The position numbers and the translations under genes were made by a program. Under the pieces are notes generated by a model. It had not been told where the DNA came from and did no database searches. It saw nothing but the letters and a program-made list of their open reading frames with translations. DNA of 64,000 nucleotides from Takakia lepidozioides (taxonomy: Eukaryota; Plantae; Bryophyta): contig CM060734.1 in the NCBI GenBank assembly GCA_030704615.1, positions 13,206,001-13,270,000 of the forward strand, in the 5' to 3' direction. The first letter of the stretch is position 1, and every line of letters begins with the position of its first letter. Below are positions 9,955 to 21,250 of this stretch, piece by piece.

Positions 9955-12900
9955 TTCCCCACACATATGCAGCCATCACAGCCTCCAAACTGTCGGTGGT
10001 ACCCTTTGCCCATCATTTGCTCAAAGGTATCCAAAGCCTCCATCCCATGACCCTGCTGGGCATATCCTGTTCAACTCACAAAACGTATTTGTGGCCTTCC
10101 CACCAGCACCCCAAATGCCCTCACCCAGCTCCCAACGGACAGTTACGGCATAGGCACTAGCCCACTAGTTACCTCATACGCCCGGACCCTAGGGCACACA
10201 ACTCCAAGAGGCCCTTAATGATCCAGGGCGGCTAGGTCTAATCTATAGAGGGCTTCTCAAATCCCTTGCCTCCAAATATAATGGCCTCCACTCCCTCCCA
10301 TCTCTCCACCCTCAATCTTGCCTCCACTCCCCCACTGCCCGCACATTGTTTGTCCCACGACAAATGAAAATCAGCATACAAACCGACCTCCCGGGCTACC
10401 CCAACACCATCGCACCCCTCGAACAAACCTGGCTTAGCAGCCCCTACCTCTCTCAATTAGATGACCTACACCCCTGTCAAAAAAAACCCATCCTCTCATA
10501 CTTCAAAGAAATGCACATAACCAAACTAGCCCAACTCACCACAGCCCCCGGCAACCGACTACTTACCCCCAGTGAATTCACCCTCAGATACTCTAGAGCT
10601 ACCGTCAAAACTTATCGATATCTACACCACCTACGCTCCCTTTCTGTCATCCATCCGCATCGTGCATTCTCAACTATGACCTCCCATGCTCACTTTCTCC
10701 CCACAACAAGCAAGATCTCCTCCCCCAATATAGGGTTGGCCCCGCAGCCTCTATTCTTAATATGCTTAAAATCATCTCGGCCTTGACCACTAACCCTACA
10801 AACAGTACCACCCCCCCCCCTTTTCCTTCCCGCCCCCAGATCAACCCCACCCATGAACCCAAACCGAGCCTACCCACCACCACCTCCCCAGATCAGTCCT
10901 CCCGCCACACCCCAACCTAAACCAACACTACACCACATTACCCCCCAATTACCATTCCCCAATTTGTCTCCCAACCCTAACCCAATAAATTACCCAGACA
11001 ACCCTGAGGCCTTCATTATTGAAGCCATATTAGGAATAAAAACCCAAACCTCTATTGACGCATTTGGTGCAACCAGCATAGACACCTACTACCTTTGTAA
11101 ATGGGCTGGCTATCTGACGGACGACAATACATGGCAAACTGAAGACGACCTCTTTGGTGCTCAATGAAGCTGTGATCCCGCACATAACCTCATCCTTCTC
11201 ACCACCTTTCACAAAACTACCAACATTAACTATCTGGCTCAAACCCACCAACACCATGTCTAGTCCCAACCCCAGCAGAGGGACACCCGGTACATCCGCA
11301 ACACCCTAACCACACCTGATGTACATGTCAGTATCACTGAGTGTAATCCAGACAAAGACATACTATACGACTCCCCCACCCTCCACTATAACCACCATCT
11401 AACAAATATCTGCCATACGGAGGTTACATTGGATCTATCCCCAAAAGACGGCTAACATGGCTCTGGCACAGATACTCTACTCCCACCCCCTGCTCTTTCC
11501 AACTACTACCACCCAGACAAGACTTTGCCACAGAAATCTGTTTGGCTTATCGACCGTTATCTTCGCGATACCCCCCCTAAGAAACCCCGCACTCCCCTCA
11601 AATTAACACAAGCTTACACTCATAACTCCTTTCCACCAGATATCCTCGCACTCCTCATCACATCATTTCACTCACACACTCTTATTACTCTAGCCCACTC
11701 ACATGCCCTATGGAGATCTCCTCATACTCTAGCCCCAACCACCGTGATTGCATCTTCGGTGCCTCTGGCCCGGCCCCCCAACGTATCTGGGCTGGTGGTG
11801 GCCTTGCCCCACGCCCGCCAGGTCTCCAGACCCACGAGGCCCTTTATTGGGCTCGGTGTGCGGCACAATCCCCTTCACCCACCACTACCATCCTTATACT
11901 TACAAAACACCGTGGCCGGACCTTCGACACCCCCTCCTCCAACTCCCTCATGGGTCACCCTCTAGCCGCTATTTAACCCAATCAGCTCAGGTATATACAA
12001 AACCCACCCTTCCCCAAGTACCTCAAATATACAGAGCCCACCTTAACCCTGATACTACTTGTTCAAAATACCTCTCCCAACAACGTACATCCAGACTTCC
12101 CTGCCCGTCTCAACCGCCTATTATCAACCTAAGCAAAGCCTGGACCATCGGCACACCCCCAGTATGTCAACAAATCCCACCTCTAAAATACCCCCCTGCT
12201 AACTCTCACTACACTGACGGTTCCCTCACCGGCTCCCAAGCAAGATATGGCATCTACCATGCAGCCACTAAACAAGGCACCGCCCTTAGACTCCCTGGAC
12301 CCACCCCCATCCTACCGCTGAGCTTATGGCTATCCATGTCACACTCTCCTAGCTGGCCTCCTCTCTCCCCCCCCACACTACATTTTTACCGACAGTCTGA
12401 CCTCTCTATTTTTCATACGAAATCATCTCTCTAGCCCCTCTACCCACCACTACCATCCTGACCAGAACCTAATAACAGCCATCGTACACCGTGCCATCTC
12501 TCTGAACCAACCAATCCACTTTCTCAAAGTTCGTTCGCATACTGGTATCTTAGGCAACGAAGCAGCAGACCTCTTAGCCCAACAAGGGGCCACCCAGCCC
12601 CCTGTAGATCCCACAACGGACCCTATACATATCGCACACACGCACCCATTCTGGCTCATACACCCCGTCCCGGAACCCCCTGAGTCTCGACCAATCCGTA
12701 ACCTCTTTAAAACACTTACTCGAGAAACTAGCAAACAAGCCTCATCCTCCACCACTCACACCAAACACCACATCCAAAAATGGACGCATTCCAAGATACT
12801 ACACCATGAACTGTCCAACCACTTCTGGCACACCAAAGTCGCCTCAGATGCACAAATACGACAAACCCTAAAATTCAGACATGCCCAGTACATGGGCCAC

Positions 12901-13540
12901 CAACGCAAACACACCTTCTGGCCATGCCTCTACCCCTCCCCGAACTGCCCGCTCTACTCTCACACTCACTTGATGCATGATACATGGCCTCACCTCCTTA
13001 GTCAATGCCCCCACCCCATTATACATTGTCTCCGTATTACTCGACATAATCATGTTGTCTGGCACATCCATAAACTTCTCCTGCAACGCCCCGAAACTAG
13101 ATGGTTCTCCCTCATCAACGCTGGCACCTACCAAGGCAGACCTCCGGACCACACAGTTCCGCCATGGGTGCTTCCGTGCTCTTGCCGACCCCGCGTACCC
13201 TGCACTGCGGCCGGCTATGCCCGGACATCCTGCTGGTGCATGGTCTACCCATACAAGCCCCACCACCCAATGCCCCATCCCCCGACCTTACCATATACTT
13301 CATTGAATTCACATACTGCCACGACCGCTCACTAGCCCGTTAACTGTAATCACGGCTGGAACACGCGGTGGTATCCACAACGCCAGTATCTCTGCACTCC
13401 ACAAGAACTTTAAAATCCCTATCCCCCCTATACACAAATGCTTTAAAGTTGTCCACCTAACGGCACTCCGCTCTTGAACCGCCCATTATTACCAACCAAC
13501 GACAACTTGAGTCCACTCTCCCATCAAGCTCCTAGGCCCC
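9955..13540 (+). mobile_element. LINE (Dualen/RandI-like) 3' half, copy A: chromodomain, MTase-like segment, RNase H, CCHC, restriction-like endonuclease
   Basis: Chromodomain FIIEAILG...YYLCKWAGYLTDDNTWQTEDDL (~11010-11150). RNase H HYTDGS...AELMAI...FLKVRSHTGILGNEAAD (~12205-12575). CPLY..DTWPHLLSQC..RHN (~12945-13055). PDILL...IYFIEFTYC (~13220-13320). Multiple frameshifts. Confidence 0.8.
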
Positions 13541-14294
13541 TCATGTACACTGTGATGCCTCGGGAGAAGCATTGGGGGCTATGTTAGCCCCAAATGTCAC
13601 AGGAAACATAGATTCACCTATGTACTATGCTAGCAGATTGTTGAACAGTGCTAAGAGGAACTATAGCACTACTGAAAGAGAAGCTTTGGCAATGATTTAT
13701 GCAGTCAAGAAATTCAGGCATTACCTATTGGGAAGGAAGTTTATGTTTTATATGGATCATCAGGCTTTGACTTATCTGATGAACATGCCTTTGATAAGTG
13801 ACAGGATAGCAAGATGGTTGATTATCTTGCACGAGTTTGAATTCGAAGTTGTTTACAAGCCTGGACGTTTGCATCTTGTGGCAGATCACTTGTCACGCTT
13901 ATCAACAGGAGAGCCCATCAGTAGACGAGTTTATTTGCAAGGGAAGTGCAGGGAAGTGCAGATGATTGGTTAGATTGGCAATGGCCAATCAGATACTACC
14001 TTACTCATGGACAGTGCCCACCCAGTTATGGGAAGGAGGAGAGGAAAAGAATAGCTAACTATGATAGGGGGAAGATTGTATAAGCTAGGACCTGATGGAG
14101 TTCTTAAACGATGCTTGTACCACCATGAAGTAAATAAAGTTTTGGAAGAAGTTCATAAAGGAGTGGCTGGAGGTCATTTTGGAGAAGAGACTACCAGTAG
14201 GAAAATACTACTTGCAGGTTATTGGTGGCCTACTCTATTCAAGGATGTACACAAGTTTTGCAAGAATTGTGATGAGTGTTAGAGGCTAGGACCT

Positions 14295-15164
14295 TTGCAA
14301 AGATCTGGGAAGATGGCTTTGCATCCTACGATGCCTACTGAACCATTCCAGAAATGGGGATTAGACTTTGTTGGACCAATTAATCCACCATCCAGGAATA
14401 CACAGAACAAGTATATAATCACAGCCACTGATTATACCACAAAATGGGTGGAAGCTAAGGCTCTGAGGGACAACACAGCTAAGTCCACAGCAAGGTTCCT
14501 ATATGAGAATGTTCTCACAAGATTTGGCTGTCCCCTGGAATTTATCAGTGACCAGGGAAGTCATTTCATTAATGAGACCATAGAACTATTGACTAAAGAG
14601 TTCATGATTGTGCACATGAAGAGTACAACCTATTACCCACAGGGCAATGGGCAGGCAGAGGCCACCAACAAAATACTATGCACTATCTTGGCTAAGATAG
14701 TCAATGTAAACAGGACAGACTGGGATACAAAGCTGTTGACAGCTTTGTGGTCATACAAGACTTCATATAAAGTCACCACCAAATACACACCATTCCAATT
14801 AGTTTATGGTATGGAAGCTTTACTTCCAGTGGAATTCTTATTACCTACCATGAGAACTGAATGGGGAAGGAGAATGAAATTGGAGGATTCAATTAAAGTA
14901 AGGAAACATGAATTATATCATGTGGAAGAAGTATGTGCTGATGTAGCTGATAACATGACCAGAATACAGATGAAGAGGAAGGATAAGTTTGATGAAGGTA
15001 AATTGAAAACTTTAAGACAAGTGATTTGGTATTGTGGCTGCAGAAGAAGGGAAAGATTAAAGCTTCTAAGCTTAAATCACCATGGAAAGGACCTTATGTC
15101 ATACAAAAGATATATGATAACAACACAGCTATGTTACAAACCATTACCAAGAGATGTTTGGTAG
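14295..15164 (+). pseudogene. Gypsy integrase catalytic core
   Basis: DDE motifs present. A stop at 14280-14282 and a downstream frameshift break the pol frame. Confidence 0.85.
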
Positions 15165-15337
15165 AGTCAATGCCAATAAGTTGAAGGGATACAGTGGTAT
15201 CCATGATAGACCATTGCAGCATGATTTGCATCTTGAAACACAGATGCAGTCACAGACTACACCAGTAGTACCAGCGGAGCATGAAGCACTTGTCATAAAG
15301 CCGAATGTGTATGGCCATAGCAGAGAACACAGGTGTT

Positions 15338-15420
15338 CACACAGCCATCACAGCCCACCACAGCCTATTACAGCATATCACAGCTTACCACAGTTTGTCA
15401 CAGTTTGTCACAGCCCACAC
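15338..15420 (+). repeat. Degenerate 10-bp tandem repeat (core CACAG) downstream of the integrase
   Basis: cacagccat cacagcccac cacagcctat tacagcatat cacagcttac cacagtttgt cacagtttgt cacagcccac. Confidence 0.8.
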
Positions 15421-15959
15421 AAGCCGCACAATCCATAGGGTCAGTGACAGGTGGACACGAGTTAACGTCAGTAAAGTGGCCGGTAAGTGTAAAGACAATT
15501 TGGAAGTCAAACTCTGAGAATGTGCCATGCGGACAGAGGGAGATGGGAGAGTGTTTGAATTCAAACACGTGGCCTAAGGGGCAAAGCACTCCGCATTGCA
15601 TGTACTGCAATAACGGGCGTCATCACACAAGAAGACAAATAGGGCCGTCAAAGCACCTACCCGGTACATCAGCCAAAACTAATTACGAGCCCATTAATGC
15701 ATCAAGAGGACAGGTAACGGAACCCTTTACGCGTCCGGCAAAGGGGAACCTTTGTCACATATGCAGTCCTAGTGGTCATTCCAAGCTGGAATGTGAACAG
15801 ATTAGAGAGGCAATCAAAGCTATAGCTTTGTAGCTATGGCGGATATCACGGACTATACACTAGCTCTACTTCTTACGCAGTGGCACAAGGAAGGACAGGT
15901 CGAAAGTACTTTCTCTCTCACTCACTATTTGCAAGCCCCGCAGGCTTATACTAACTTGT

Positions 15960-18234
15960 ATGTTCCATTCTGTGCTAACCACACTTTCATGCTTTACGCC
16001 TTACAAGCTTTCCTACAGTTATTCCAAACAAGGCCTTCTTGTTTGTCCAGGGATGAAGAGAATTAGAGAGACTGAGGACCTCCGTGTGAAGAGCACGACG
16101 ATTCTACAGAAGCAAACAATCGCTACACCACAGGCAGTGCAGTTGTTGAAGGAGCTGCGGTTGGAGGGGTTGCTACGCAAAGAATGGTCTTTGCATCATC
16201 GGGAATTGATGATCCAATTCATCAGGAACTTCAAGCCATGGACAGGACTTACCCATGTGAAGGGCGTTGATATACAGGTTACTCCACAGTACTTGCAACA
16301 ACTTTTTGCATTACCAACTGGTAATGTGAGCGTGGATGAGCACAGGGCAAGATTGCAAGTAGGGGATCTGTTCCAAGAAACGAGTTTCTTCCGGAACCAA
16401 GGATTCACTTGCACCAAGGCCGAGTATCCAGGGTTGAGGAAAATTGGCTAGATACTGAACATTCTGTTTGCCAGGAAACAGAATCAACAGTATCTTAGCA
16501 GATCTTTCACGGAAGAGGCACTGAAAGCTTTGAGAGGAGAGGATGTAGCTTGGGCGGAGATGATGTACAGTGGTCTGGTGGAGGAGATAAAACGGTTACA
16601 AAATACTACTGCCAAGTCCCCGATCATTGTGTCTGGCCCAATTATTGCACAAATCATCTTTGATTATTTGCTTGCTTGATGCGCGAGAACGCAAAGTAAT
16701 GGGGGTGTTTGAGGGAGCCACAACTGCAGTTGAGGAGCAAGGCTCTTCACAAGGTGAAGGGGGATTGGAGGGGCAGCACCAGTCCAAGAGACAGAAAAGG
16801 GACGCAACTATAGTGGCGGATCCACTGGCCACAAGGAATCCACAGGATGATGTTTCCATAGCTCCTGTGCAGGATGAGGAGCAGCAGCACAAGGGGCTGT
16901 TATTACTGGAAGCATGGCCTTCAGAGAGGGAGGAAGAAGTCACCTCAGTACCACAGCCACCACAGCCAGCTGACCGGTTGCCCCAGGGGTAACTCAGATT
17001 GGACATGCTGTTACACCGGAGCCTCTTACTATGGAGGGGGAGGGATTGGACATCCCCACTGCAGAGCAAGTAGTGGCAGAAATTGAGAAGGGCGACCTTC
17101 TCTATGAAAACTCTGGCATGGTCGGAGAACCCATGGTACCAAAGATGAAGGGTATGCCCGAGGAAATCTCTGTTGTGCAGGTTATGCCCAAACCTATGGC
17201 GGAGGTTAAAGGGGTAAAGGGCAAGGCAACTGCAGCACCTGTGGAGGATGAGGTTGCTCAGGAAGAAGATCTTGTGGGATCATGGCCTGACTGGTTTGTG
17301 AAACATCAAACTGTGGAGGATCAGGAAGAACAGCAACAAGTTCTCCATGAAGACCCACAGCAGGCTATGCTTATGAGTTCCATAAGCAGGACACCTCATT
17401 TGTTGGGCACCTATGTCAAGACCCATATTCCTTCCACACAATTGGCAACATTGAGGGAGGAGCTCAAGCAAGAGTTTGAGGCAAGAATTGCCACTGAGTG
17501 TGCAAATAAGGTGGATGTGGAGGCCAACCTCAAGTTGCAGAAAGAGTTGGAGGATACTAAATCTGCTCTACAGCTTGCGAAGGAAAATTTGATTGAAGCA
17601 GGTCTGGAGCAGGAGAAGTTGCATGAAGTACATAAGCAACAACTATACCAGTTGCAAGCTAAGCATGAGGGCAAGCTGCAGGAAGTGCAGTTGCTTCATA
17701 CAGAGTTGGAAGCAGTCCATCAGAGAATGATCATACAGTGTGCCACACTAACGACTAATCTGGAGTTGATTGCACTAGAAGTTAAGAACCAAGCTGAGAG
17801 ATGTTTAATGGCGGAGATAGAGTCAATGGAGCAGGGGAAACTCATTGCTGACATGAAGGCTACTATTTGTTGCAATGAGGATACTTTTTCAGCAGTACCA
17901 TCAGGTCGATGCCCAGAATGACAAGTACATCTTTGAATTGCAGCAAACAATCATAGTACGGGAGAATGAGCTTTCTGTGACTGACAAGGCTTGGAAAGAA
18001 TCCAATAATTTGTCCACTGCCTATGCAGCTCTGGTTGAACCTCATGCAAAGCGCATGGAGAGTTTACAGCAACAGTTGGAAACATATAGACTCAAGGAGG
18101 AGCAGGATCTCAGTGGTGCTACACAGGACTTGGTGGATAATCATCTTTTGCAAGAGTGGTTAACACAAGGGCCAGTGGAAGGGAAGGCACCAAAAAAGCT
18201 CACCCAAGAGGAGATGAATGATCTCAGGCTATAG
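15960..18234 (+). pseudogene. Extra (env-position) ORF of Gypsy family A, fragmented, with a long coiled-coil region
   Basis: Consecutive same-strand ORFs 15960-16451, 16627-16992, 17031-17921 and 17875-18234. The E/Q/K/L-rich heptad-like region lies at ~17440-18100. Confidence 0.55.
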
Positions 18235-18254
18235 GTGCAGAACATTGCCACAAC

Positions 18255-18911
18255 CCAGAAGCAAAGCTAAACTAATACCTCCAGTGGATGAGGAAGAAGA
18301 TGTTAATGAAGAATGGCAATGATGTGCCTGAAGATGATGAGGCTTGGAGAGATGAGAAGGAACTGCACAAGGAAGTGGTTGATACCATAAGGGAAATGCA
18401 GAAGGATATTGATATCCCTATGGCAGATTCTTCTGACTCTGAAGGAGAAGATGAAGAAGGTGAAGAGAAAGTGACGCAGGAGGCTTCACAAGTGCAGGGT
18501 AATGAAGGGACTTTGGCTGAAGTAATATGCCAGTCCAAAGCTGAGATTACCATTGGACAGCTATTGGCTGTGGCACCTCATTGTAGGCACAGGCTGTATC
18601 AAGCAATCAATCAGATTGCTCATGTGATAGAGAACATAGACCTGAGCAGCAAGGTAACAAGTTATAATGTGAAGCCTGAAGGGCGAGAAACTGTCATGGA
18701 CTTTGATGATTCTATGCCAGTAATCCAGTTGAGAATTGGAAGCACACACTTGACTGATGTACTCATAGATGGAGGCTCATGAGTGAATATTATGACAGAC
18801 AAATTAAGGCAAAAGCTTGGTCTAAGTAACATGAAACCAGCCCCATTCACAGTAACAATGGCAGATCACAGGAGTGTACAACCTTTAGGCTTAATAAGAG
18901 GAGTCAAGATA
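18255..18911 (+). mobile_element. Gypsy family A fragment: gag-pol linker and aspartic protease
   Basis: Near-identical to the reverse complement of ~60189-60843. Contains VLIDGGS (protease), followed by a stop. Confidence 0.9.
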
Positions 18912-20285
18912 GGGGGCTGCTATTTCATGAGCGGCATGAGCATGAGTGGAAAAAAAAAAAGCATGAGCGGACCATTGTGTGTCCACGGAAATAGGGTTAG
19001 GAGGCACGGAAATAGGGTCATGTGAAGTTGGAATGTGGCACCAGTGGACTCGTCATAGCAATGAAATGCAACATTTTATTGCTAGGCGAAGGCGAAGACA
19101 TGCCTGTCGGACAACGTCCCTGCCCACATTGAAGCACCTGAGGGACAAAGCGGGTGGTTAGTAGCATGCGGCATGCAATTGCAATCGGGCCAGGGGACAA
19201 AATGTGCACGTGAAGGCTTACACGTGCCGCATGTGAGGTCAAGAATCCACCCTTGGACATCCGAGCACGTCTCCATGAGGGTTTGGATGAAAGCAGGGCT
19301 CCGGGTCCGGCTGTACCGCCATGGTTTGCCTGTCTTTGTGTCTTCGGCATACTGGATTGGGGCACATAGTTGTAGAGGACATTGTAGGTAACAGGGTCCA
19401 CAGCGGCATCAACAAGACGACCGTCATTGCGGAATTTGAACGTAGACCCTCTCTTCACAAAACAATATGCCTCAAACACCAATGTCTGCACATCCAACAA
19501 AAGAGGGATCCATTCCAGGGTCTAGTTTAGATACACCACAATATGAAGTGAATGCAATAGATTGATAACTTACACTCTGGCCCTCTGTTCGCAACCCCTG
19601 CGTATTGATGCAGAACCATTTTTTCAGGAGGACCGGGGTGACACTTTTTGGTGTCCACCTTGCCAAACATTCTCTGTGGTCTTCCCTCTTGTGGCAAGGA
19701 CCACCATACATCCACCGTCATCCAGGAGCATCCCCGCCAACCCAAACCCGGCTCTCCAGTAGTCCTCCGTAAACCTGTTCCAGGTGGGCACACCATCCAG
19801 GCCCTCCAACAGCTCCCCATCTGGAATATCGAGGAGAATCATATCGCAGGCTCTCTCCACCTCAACCCCCCCCCCCCCCCCCCCCCCCCCGAGTGCTCTT
19901 GCAATCCGTGCTCACAGCCGTGAAGAATTCCATCATGGCTTCCAAACCAGGGGTGTCTTTAGGCTCTGTAGCAGCAGCCCTCTTCTTGGCTTTCCCCTTC
20001 AGCTCCTCCAGAGACTTGTTGTGTGCCACCTTCTTCGCCCTGGCAGCCAGAGCATCAAGAAAGCTCTCATTGACGCATTGGATGATAGTTGGGGATTCTA
20101 ACTTTGGCCTTTGCAGAAACATCACCGCCGAATACCGTCGTGTAGGCTCGCCCTCAAATGCCAACTTCTTGGCAGAGCCAGTCCCAGTCCGAACTGAGTG
20201 GGAACCCGGACGACCGGTGACTTGGTAGTAGCAGCAGCAGTCGCAGGACCTTGCACAAAGTCGTCGTCAGAGTCACTCCCTTGGG
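18912..20285 (-). mobile_element. Copy 2 of the amino-methyltransferase element (inverted), with both introns retained
   Basis: Reverse complement of ~60-1419. Contains DMILLDIPDG and ILDLTCGT, with frameshifts including an expanded poly-C run at ~19866-19890. Confidence 0.85.
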
Positions 20286-20955
20286 GACTGGGGTGCTTAT
20301 GCATACAAAGTCATGCCTTTTGGACTTTGTAATGCACCAGCAACTTTCCAGAGAGTGATAAGTGAATCTTTCCATGAGTATCTGGATGATTTCATGCAAG
20401 TGTTCTTAGATGACTTCAGTGTGTACAGTTCTAAGAATGAGCACTTGCAGAAGTTGGAGTTATGTCTGGCCAGATGCAGGATAAGAGGTCTTGATCTGAA
20501 TCCAGAAAAGTGTACTTTCTGTGTGAACTCAGGGGTACTACTGGGACACATTGTGTGTAAGAAGGGACTGCTTGTGGATCCTAGAAAGAGAGAGGCTATT
20601 AAAGCCTCACCACCACCAAGTAACGTTAAGGGTCTAAGGAGGTTCCTTGGACAAACTACTTATTATAGAAGGTTTGTCAGACAGTATGCACAAATGGCAG
20701 CTCCATTGAGCAAGCTTTTGAAGAAGGATGCAGTGTTTGCATGGACAGCTGAATGTCAACAGGCATTTGAAGCACTTACATTGTCAGTAACAACTACACC
20801 TGTGCTGATTAACCCTCACTGGCATGTAGTATTTCATGTACACTATGATGCCTCAGGAGAAGCATTGGGGGCTGTGTTAGCCCAAAATGTCACAGGAAAC
20901 ATAGATTCACCTGTGTACTATGCTAGCAGATTGTTGAACAGTGCTGAGAGGAACA
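20286..20955 (+). mobile_element. Gypsy family A fragment: RT C-half and start of RNase H
   Basis: MPFGLCNAPATFQR, VFLDDFSV, LRRFLGQTTYYRRFV, HYDASGEALGAVL. Confidence 0.9.
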
Positions 20956-21250
20956 CAGCCTCATGAGAAAGCTAGAGTTCGAAAGGGTAAGCGTGGTAGA
21001 GATAGGGGAGAAGAAGCATAGAAAGCACATCCTTGAGCTATGGCGGTGGCAAGGGCTAGAGATAAAGAGGGAGCTAGAATAGCGGAACCGCTACAGGGAG
21101 GGAAAAATGACACTATAGTGCATAAGAAATTGGCAGAAACCTAAGTCAGGAGGTTAGCAGGGGATTTAGCGGAAAGAAGCGCGGGAGAGCGGAGCTCCGC
21201 CCTCCCGCTTGCAGGACTACATTTGTTGTATTGATTACGGCTCTGCAAAC

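Larger units (their letters stand above)
13541..18254 (+). mobile_element. Ty3/Gypsy family A (non-chromovirus) 3' part: RNase H, integrase and a downstream extra ORF region
   Basis: YYASRLLNSAKRNYSTTEREAL (RNase H). GGHFG..GYWWP..CDEC zinc finger. KWGLDFVGP, ISDQGSHF and QGNGQAE (integrase DDE). Broken extra ORFs at 15836-18234. Confidence 0.9.

Noticed and set aside
20956-21221. Possible LTR fragment ending in ...GGACTACA, with a similar GAGCTCCGCC patch at ~23065
   Set aside because: No second LTR copy, PBS or TSD could be confirmed.
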